Shown here: positions 57,002 through 64,000 of the stretch, in pieces
How the letters are laid out: each line of letters opens with the position of its first letter
How positions within the stretch are numbered: the stretch's first letter is position 1
DNA from: a virus
Virus record (IMG/VR): IMGVR_UViG_3300017917_001903
Coordinates: 1 to 64,000 of that record
DNA: 64,000 nucleotides
Reading direction: 5' to 3' (one strand)
Translations under genes and position numbers: made by a program
Notes under the pieces: generated by a model
The model's input: only the letters and a program-made list of their open reading frames with translations
What the model was told of the DNA's origin: nothing
Database searches by the model: none

Positions 57002-57202
57002 TCATAAAAAAACTGCTGCTAGCGCAAGAAAAATAGCAAATGCAAGTAATGCTCTACCCCAATACTCTTGGTCGCTTTCATTGGGAATACTGCGACCATA
57101 ATATTTGTCTACTATCTTGTGCCATTCTGCTAATTCCTTGTCCGAGAGTGTCCCAGGAAAGTGATAGCCTCTCCAATATAAACGATTCTCTTCCTCAGTC
57201 AT
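57002..57202 (-). CDS. 66-aa membrane-anchored protein in the tmRNA intervening segment
   Basis: AAGGA RBS, ATG, C-terminal hydrophobic helix; fills the spacer. Confidence 0.7.
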   Translation of the reverse strand: MTEEENRLYWRGYHFPGTLSDKELAEWHKIVDKYYGRSIPNESDQEYWGRALLAFAIFLALAAVFL

Positions 57203-57215
57203 AGCAATTTCCTTA

Positions 57216-57280
57216 TGGTGGACCTGCCCGGTACTGCCCCGGGGTCTTGCCGCTTTTATTGTCAGCTGTCAACAACTGAT
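57216..57280 (-). ncRNA. ssrA: two-piece tmRNA, acceptor piece
   Basis: CCCGG-GGCAGTA-CCGGG T arm, CAGGTCC-ACCA pairing with GGGCCTG (G3:U70); 5' end approximate. Confidence 0.9.
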
Positions 57281-57900
57281 GTATTATTTAGTATTGTAAT
57301 TACGTCCTCAGCAAATTTATAGTGTGCAAGTTTTCCAGGATGCTCATTGTCTAACGCTGGAGAAAAATTAAGTGATATATCATTCATAAACACTTTTTCT
57401 ATTTTAGCTGTAGACCAACTAAATTTAACTATCATTCTCTTAGAAACTAAAAAGTGTAAAACTTTAATACCACGTTTTTTAAAATGTAAATCAGCATACT
57501 CAATTCTAGTATAAAGGTCAACGTTGGCATCATAGTCATCATATAGTGTATAAAAATGTTTAGTCGCTGGATCATCTGAATCAGCAGGAATGAAACGTTT
57601 AAATTTATTGGTAATGTGTGCATCTGCAGATTGTACAATGCAGGATCGTTCAGGGTACGTCCAAAGTATAACCACAATGTCATCATCTTGAAAAGCAAAG
57701 TTTTGTATCTTAAAAAGTATCTCTTTATTACTTGCGCCCGGAAAACTTGTGTTTATACATTCTCTTTTAAGATGCTTTGCAACCATAGCTGGCCAAGCAA
57801 ACGAACTAGGTTTACTAAGAGGCTTTTTTGCAACATGATCCCAACAGTCTGGTAAGCCGTGACCATATGTTAGACTGCATCCAAAGGTAATTAATCTCAT
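57262..57900 (-). CDS. SGNH-like protein
   Basis: FGCSLT, PGASN, DNEHP. Confidence 0.75.
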   Translation of the reverse strand: MRLITFGCSLTYGHGLPDCWDHVAKKPLSKPSSFAWPAMVAKHLKRECINTSFPGASNKEILFKIQNFAFQDDDIVVILWTYPERSCIVQSADAHITNKFKRFIPADSDDPATKHFYTLYDDYDANVDLYTRIEYADLHFKKRGIKVLHFLVSKRMIVKFSWSTAKIEKVFMNDISLNFSPALDNEHPGKLAHYKFAEDVITILNNTSVVDS

Positions 57901-58388
57901 GATTTGGTTCTGCTGTACGAATTGAGTTTATATGCCCATGGGTTGATTGCACAACTCATTCTCTCACCGGCAAACTTTTCAACTGCATGTTGTAAGCCCG
58001 GTGAAAATGCTATTAGTCTATTTTGTCTCGGTACTGCCAAGTGAGATTTAGTTACAAATCGTCCGCCGGACATGTTTTTAATATACGGATAATAAACAAT
58101 GCTACAAACAGGATGCTTTAATTCTTTAAGATCAGACCATGCTTCTTCATCTTTGTCAACATGCCAACTTGCTCTAGTATTAACATGCGACCAACATTCA
58201 TATCCAACAGCTTGACTTAGGTCAAATGTTTTAGATACTATATTGATAATTTTTTCTAGTGGGAAACTTACTTCGCTGCCGAGGTCTATCCAACTAGAGT
58301 TGCCGTTGCTCAACCCTAGAAAAAAGTTTCTAGTTGATTCCATCTCCTCCGGAGATAGTACATCGTCAACAACAAGAAAAGTAGTCAT
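57897..58388 (-). CDS. 2OG-Fe(II) oxygenase
   Basis: WHVDKD...HAV...R. Confidence 0.75.
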   Translation of the reverse strand: MTTFLVVDDVLSPEEMESTRNFFLGLSNGNSSWIDLGSEVSFPLEKIINIVSKTFDLSQAVGYECWSHVNTRASWHVDKDEEAWSDLKELKHPVCSIVYYPYIKNMSGGRFVTKSHLAVPRQNRLIAFSPGLQHAVEKFAGERMSCAINPWAYKLNSYSRTKS

Positions 58389-59095
58389 CAGACAAATCTA
58401 ATCCAGCTACTCATTGGTTGGAGACCCAGTGATCTACGATTGTTAGGATCTTTGAATGTCATTAGGAAGTCGCCGGAAATACTGATGCGACGATTTTTAA
58501 GCACCTCAGGATCCTTACTAGTGTCATCAATTTCGTATGGTGAATTTGGCGAGATAGTTGCATGTCGAAGTTTACCAGGAAACATTAGTAAGTTTCCCTC
58601 TAGTGCATCAAATGCCGGTGACGAATTAAACTCGTTGCGCTCCAAGACACTTGATTCGCCAGCATAACTATCTTGAAACAATCCGCTGGTTAAATCATTG
58701 AAATGATTGTATGGTGGCAAAAAGACTAACTTGTTACTGTTAGCTGGCACATTCAGATAATATACAAACGACAAGTGTGCATCGCTGTGATCGTGTTCTG
58801 GTATGTTTGATTTTTCGTTTGAATTCCACCACGACTTGACAAGATGGTAAGCCCATACATTAGGGTCAACTCCTAATTTAGAAACATACTGCTTGGCGCA
58901 ACTTGCAACAAAGGTATAAAACGGATTGAGTTCTTCAAACTTGTGAAGTACTACTGTGCCCGATTCATCCTGTGTACCACTGTCGTAGGGCGAGATGTAT
59001 TTGTCAATGTTTTCAAAAAATATCTTTTTAAAATCGTCGTGATGCTGATAATCATAATCACATATTAAAATAGGGAACAGCCCAATTGCATTCAT
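58388..59095 (-). CDS. 2OG-Fe(II) oxygenase (TIGR02466-like)
   Basis: HDH...LSFVYY...FPGKLRH...RISIS. Confidence 0.8.
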   Translation of the reverse strand: MNAIGLFPILICDYDYQHHDDFKKIFFENIDKYISPYDSGTQDESGTVVLHKFEELNPFYTFVASCAKQYVSKLGVDPNVWAYHLVKSWWNSNEKSNIPEHDHSDAHLSFVYYLNVPANSNKLVFLPPYNHFNDLTSGLFQDSYAGESSVLERNEFNSSPAFDALEGNLLMFPGKLRHATISPNSPYEIDDTSKDPEVLKNRRISISGDFLMTFKDPNNRRSLGLQPMSSWIRFV

Positions 59096-59274
59096 GTCTC
59101 ACCGGTACTTTCAATTTTTGAGATGTGTAAGCAACCGTTAATGACTTCAACGTTTAATGTGTCGCCTTCCTTCCATCCTGTGCTATTAATTATTTCAGGA
59201 GGGAAAGTTAGTAGTATATTACCGGCGTCACCTTCAATTTCGCTGAATAGATCTTCAGACAGATAAGTCTTCAT
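59092..59274 (-). CDS. AbrB/MazE-like small protein
   Basis: FPPEI...GWKEGDTL. Confidence 0.65.
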   Translation of the reverse strand: MKTYLSEDLFSEIEGDAGNILLTFPPEIINSTGWKEGDTLNVEVINGCLHISKIESTGET

Positions 59275-59743
59275 TTTCTAGCCCCATTTGTTTTTTGCAG
59301 TATCGCGCAAGTGCAAGCTCTTTGCTAAATGCTTCACGTTCCCACGGACTATCTCTGTACGGGTCAGCTTTTTTGCGTATGCGCCATATTTTCCCTCGCC
59401 ACGCATCAAAACCCCTAATCGTAGATATATCACGTTTTAGATACTGCTTTGCATGAATCATTTCGTGCGCAAGTGTACGTAGCATTAGTCCAAAACGCTT
59501 ACGTCTAGCTAACACTATGTCTATAGTCCAATACCCGTTTTTGAACTCACCAATGCAAGTACCTTGGGCATCACCGTCAATCCACTTATTTGTAACGCGA
59601 CCTAAACGAATGTTTAAAACACCGCGATGATAATTTAAGGCTAGCTTTTTGGACATTATATTTACAGCATGTGCGATACTGTTAGCCACCGTTTTACTGT
59701 ACGGTTTGCCTCCTCGCAACCCCTGTATTTTAACTGTGAGCAT
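59255..59743 (-). CDS. zinc metallopeptidase-like
   Basis: LAHEMIHAKQ, PWEREA. Confidence 0.8.
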   Translation of the reverse strand: MLTVKIQGLRGGKPYSKTVANSIAHAVNIMSKKLALNYHRGVLNIRLGRVTNKWIDGDAQGTCIGEFKNGYWTIDIVLARRKRFGLMLRTLAHEMIHAKQYLKRDISTIRGFDAWRGKIWRIRKKADPYRDSPWEREAFSKELALARYCKKQMGLENEDLSV

Positions 59744-59789
59744 ACGGTCTCTCCGCAGAATGTCCTCACTAGTATTTATCTGTTTTTAT

Positions 59790-59872
59790 TGGTGCCCCAG
59801 GAGGGACTCGAACCCCCACCCTTTCGGAGCGGATTTTGAGTCCGCTGCGTCTACCAATTTCACCACTGGGGC
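59790..59872 (-). tRNA. tRNA-Leu(CAA)
   Basis: cloverleaf, encoded CCA. Confidence 0.95.
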
Positions 59873-59964
59873 TGGTACCTCGGGCCGGAGTCGAACCGAC
59901 ATTGGCCAATTATCTGTTGCACACGGGATATAAATCCGCTGTTTTACCGTTAAACTACCGAGGC
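59873..59964 (-). tRNA. atypical tRNA-Ile(TAT) with extra arm
   Basis: normal acceptor, D and T arms; TTTATAT loop; 22-nt extra arm. Confidence 0.7.
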
Positions 59965-60054
59965 ATAGAACTGCTACTTTAGAGTACTCTAAAGCAAACT
60001 TTTAGTTCATATTCGGTGAGTATTAACAGTCATCATCTTACTAGTATTTAGTAC

Positions 60055-60549
<495 letters not shown>

Positions 60550-60584
60550 AATGCTATTATAGCAGATCTAGAACACATGTCAAC

Positions 60585-61610
60585 CTAGAAATCAAATCTA
60601 TATAAATTACACGGTTCTAAATTATTATCAATTATCAATTTCTGGGCTTGATCAAGAATTTTAGAAATTTTACCTTTTTGGTGATCACCAGAAGTTTTAG
60701 TAGCTATGTTTTTAGCCCATGGTTGCGATAATATCAGATCATACAAAGGATGTCTATATAGCTTATCAAATTGATTGTAAATACCAGTTTCCTGTGCAAG
60801 CATCTTTTTAACTGTTTCAAACCCTGTTGCTTTATATAATGGCGGCATTAACTTAGCGCCTAACAGACTATAGTAATGTTGCTTGTATAGGTAGTTTGAA
60901 TCCTGATATGAGCTCAGTTCTGCAAAATAGGTATTGCACTGCTGAATTACATCTAAATTAAACTTTAGCGAAAGATAGTTAGTATATTGATCCATCTTAA
61001 ATGGATCCTTAATCACTGGTATATTACTTTCGACAGCAAAGTTGTAAAAAGCACATAAATTATTAACTATAAATCCTTTGTGAGAATTTACCAAAGACAT
61101 ACTGTTTTTAGCCAAGTCATATTTAACAATTGTAGGGTCACCTCCCAAGATGCACACATTGTTAGCAGCGAGTTCTAGCATCTTAATTTGTGCTGTAATT
61201 TGAGGGCTCCCTGTGCGGTATTTCAAACCAATGCTAACATATTCCTCGCTTTCAAACAGTTCTTTAAGATCAAGCACAAACATACGATATGTGAGATCGT
61301 TTAAATTAGCATATCGCTGAGCAGCCAAAACGTCGTGGGCATTTACAGTAACATCGCCCCAACGCATGTCACAGATAACTGTATCAATGCTGACCTTTAA
61401 TGTCTTTAAAAGATGTAGAGAAAATTGACTATCTAAACCCCCGCTTAAAAACAGTTGGCATTCTTTAATATTCTTGAACTTTTCAGCCCAAATATCATAC
61501 AGTGTTATATTGTTACCCGGGTCTGCATAAAAGGATACTACGCTTGTTGTTGAGTAATCTACTTGTATTGCAGCCGGATCACCAATTTGTAAGATATTGT
61601 TAGACATCAA
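60585..61610 (-). CDS. PP-loop (adenine nucleotide alpha hydrolase-like) protein
   Basis: LFLSGGLDS. Confidence 0.65.
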   Translation of the reverse strand: MMSNNILQIGDPAAIQVDYSTTSVVSFYADPGNNITLYDIWAEKFKNIKECQLFLSGGLDSQFSLHLLKTLKVSIDTVICDMRWGDVTVNAHDVLAAQRYANLNDLTYRMFVLDLKELFESEEYVSIGLKYRTGSPQITAQIKMLELAANNVCILGGDPTIVKYDLAKNSMSLVNSHKGFIVNNLCAFYNFAVESNIPVIKDPFKMDQYTNYLSLKFNLDVIQQCNTYFAELSSYQDSNYLYKQHYYSLLGAKLMPPLYKATGFETVKKMLAQETGIYNQFDKLYRHPLYDLILSQPWAKNIATKTSGDHQKGKISKILDQAQKLIIDNNLEPCNLYRFDF

Positions 61611-61687
61611 TTTTTCTCTCTCGCATGCGCTGATATGATAAATACTTATAACTGAACTGTAAAAGTTTAATATAATTTGGAGCTCAA

Positions 61688-63235
61688 ATGGCTAGATATA
61701 TCGTAACATTAGACCCTGCGATTCATGCTAATGAAACTGAGGCTGAAGCTGCTATAGCATCAGCCGGTGCTACATTGCTTAAATCCTTTAACTTTAACCA
61801 GACTTTCTTAATTGAAGCTTCTAACGAGCAGAAGTCTGCAATTGTTGGTTTAGCAAGTAGTGAATTAGCGGATTCCCCGTTGCAGGTTTCACTACAAGTG
61901 TTAAACATTGATCACTTGAAATTAACACTATTAAGTGATGATGGTGAGCTTGTTCCAGCAACGTACAACCCAATGAATAGAGGTGCCGGACAGCACATTT
62001 ATTTGGTTGATACTGGTGTTAGAGCAACACACGAACAATTCACCGGTGTATCTATTAATAACCTATATTCAAACTTTACCGGTAACGATGCATATGATGA
62101 GTTTGGTGACACAACAGGTCACGGAACTATTGTAGCTAGTGTGATTGTTGGTAAAGACTTAGGTCCAGCCAAAGATGCTACATTACATAACGTAAAACTT
62201 TTTAATTCTGGTTCTGACACTAGTACTGTTGTAGAGATTGTGGATGCGCTAGATGCTGTATTACAGCATCACTTAGCAAACAGCCCTTCTCAAGCAAAGG
62301 TTGTGTGTATGCCATGGATTGCAACAAGAAACGCATTCATTGATAGTAAGGTGCTAGAAATGAATTCGTCAAACCTTGTTGTAGTTGCTGCTGCCGGTAA
62401 TAATGGTGCAGACGTATCAGATTATTCACCGGCTGGTATCAGACAAATTATCACAGTAGGTGCGTTTGACAGCCAATTTGCTGTAGGCCCATTTGTTAAC
62501 ATGCCATGGGATAACACAAACGCTGTAACTACATATAATAACTACGGTGCCGAGATTGATATTTTTGCTATGGGTGTTAATGTGTATACCGCATCAGGTA
62601 CTTCTGACACAGCCTACTTAGATACAGCAACAGGTACCAGTGTCTCATCAGGTATCACTGCTGGTGTTGCTGCACAATATATTGCAAGGTACCCATCATA
62701 TAACTCAGCTAAAATCAAAGATGTCATGCTACAAGAAGGTCACCTCTTAGGTATGGACTTACTTGCGTTTAATCAAGTCCCAGCTGGTGTAGATTACACA
62801 ACAGTAAACAAATCTATTGTTGTATTTGATGAACTTAACGAAGAAATGCTAACTACTCTACCGTCAGGCAGAATTGCAACACTAGCAGTTGGCCAAACTA
62901 CAACTGTAAACTTAGGTTTAAATAGTTCAGCAACCGAAGTTAGTGCATTAGACTTTGCTCCGCTACCACCATTTGCTACATTTGATACAGCAACTGGTAT
63001 TGTTTCAATTAACACATCAACAGTTGATTCTAGCGTTGTACCAGGTTCATTTGTATTTGCTATCAAAGGCAAGATCAACGGTGTAACCAAAGTTGAAGAA
63101 TTTAGTATTGCAGTGTACAACACTAGCGAAACTGAAATTGAAGGTTCATCACAGTATTATTATGATGCTGACTCAAACGCATACGATCCTGTTGTTAGCT
63201 TCCAAGTAGCACCAGGAAACGTTGCTAAAAACTAA
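61688..63235 (+). CDS. subtilisin-family S8 protease with prodomain and C-terminal Ig-like domain
   Basis: LVDTG, GHGT, AAGN, GTS; GATAAATA upstream. Confidence 0.9.
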   Translation: MARYIVTLDPAIHANETEAEAAIASAGATLLKSFNFNQTFLIEASNEQKSAIVGLASSELADSPLQVSLQVLNIDHLKLTLLSDDGELVPATYNPMNRGAGQHIYLVDTGVRATHEQFTGVSINNLYSNFTGNDAYDEFGDTTGHGTIVASVIVGKDLGPAKDATLHNVKLFNSGSDTSTVVEIVDALDAVLQHHLANSPSQAKVVCMPWIATRNAFIDSKVLEMNSSNLVVVAAAGNNGADVSDYSPAGIRQIITVGAFDSQFAVGPFVNMPWDNTNAVTTYNNYGAEIDIFAMGVNVYTASGTSDTAYLDTATGTSVSSGITAGVAAQYIARYPSYNSAKIKDVMLQEGHLLGMDLLAFNQVPAGVDYTTVNKSIVVFDELNEEMLTTLPSGRIATLAVGQTTTVNLGLNSSATEVSALDFAPLPPFATFDTATGIVSINTSTVDSSVVPGSFVFAIKGKINGVTKVEEFSIAVYNTSETEIEGSSQYYYDADSNAYDPVVSFQVAPGNVAKN

Positions 63236-63257
63236 ACCAAAAGTTAAATTTTGATAG

Positions 63258-63290
63258 AAAAACCGCGCTAAATACTAGTGCGGTTTTTTT
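63258..63290 (+). terminator. intrinsic terminator, loop contains CTAAATA
   Basis: AAAAACCGC...GCGGTTTTTTT. Confidence 0.75.
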
Positions 63291-64000
63291 ATGATCACAG
63301 TTGATATAACTACAAAGAATACAGTGTTTGATCCATTATCTGGGCAAGGTAGTTGGATTCAACATCGGTTTGGGCAAAGAAATTATCCTTGCTTAGATTT
63401 AAATCTCGATTGTATAACAGAAATTATAAATTCACATGATATAATATTTTTGCGATCTGTATACGGCGATCCGTTATGCCACCCTGAAATCAAAGAAATT
63501 ATTGGCGTCGCCAATAAGATGCGCAAAACTCTAATCATATTCTCTTATCTCAATACCAGCAACAGTGAGGTGCTAGATCAAATCCTACAGTCTGAAACTG
63601 TGTCTGTGTACGTGCCCGTAGATGGATTTGAGAATTATGGGTGTACAATACTAGATTCAAATAAGTCAACAGTGTTTGAAAATCTAATCAAATTAGGATC
63701 AAAAGCTACTGTTGAATTCTTATTATATAGTTACAATATCAATGATTTAAAAGATTTAAGAGAATTTTGTGATACTCACGGTTGTTTATTAAAAACTCAT
63801 CCTGGGAGAAACTTTGGGTTACCTGTTACATCAATTGTTAACAAAGACGGACATTGGTTATATGATGTGTTTCCGTTGACTTCAGAATTGGATGCAATTT
63901 GGGATAATCGTGTTAAAGAAAAAACAGTTGAAGGTTATAGATCACTACTAGACTACGTGGGTAAAATCGAGGGTATTTCAATATTGGATGATCCGGCTAT
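63291..64000 (+). CDS. partial ORF, degenerate radical-SAM-like protein
   Basis: YGDPLCHP and DGFE motifs but no CxxxCxxC; runs off the window. Confidence 0.55.
   Translation, partial: MITVDITTKNTVFDPLSGQGSWIQHRFGQRNYPCLDLNLDCITEIINSHDIIFLRSVYGDPLCHPEIKEIIGVANKMRKTLIIFSYLNTSNSEVLDQILQSETVSVYVPVDGFENYGCTILDSNKSTVFENLIKLGSKATVEFLLYSYNINDLKDLREFCDTHGCLLKTHPGRNFGLPVTSIVNKDGHWLYDVFPLTSELDAIWDNRVKEKTVEGYRSLLDYVGKIEGISILDDPA

Overview
A 64 kb segment of a large (jumbo-type) lytic dsDNA phage genome, apparently using the standard genetic code and mostly minus-strand. It has four main parts. (1) A non-coding RNA district at 1-8.6 kb: a ~850-nt GOLLD-like giant RNA with an embedded tRNA-Lys-like domain, about 23 tRNAs, and several unexplained structured RNAs between them, driven by sigma70-type promoters, two followed by rrn-type boxA sequences. 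(2) Translation and proteostasis genes: bS21, ClpX, peptide deformylase and a circularly permuted two-piece tmRNA with a small gene in its intervening segment. (3) Auxiliary metabolic and cell-surface genes: QueD with a preQ1-I-like leader, IscU, SpeD, AhpC/AhpD, a GH6 glucanase, and glycosyl-, methyl- and sulfotransferases. (4) DNA ligase, UV endonuclease, lysins and plus-strand late genes behind TAAATA-type promoters. The tmRNA points to an alphaproteobacterial host. The strongest candidates for undescribed biology are the rrn-like ncRNA operon with stem-enclosed small RNAs, a tRNA-Ile(UAU) carrying a second GAU loop beside a deaminase that overlaps tRNA-Ile2, the gene-containing tmRNA, and a probable -1 frameshift upstream of clpX. 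All calls were made by eye; no database searches or folding programs were run.
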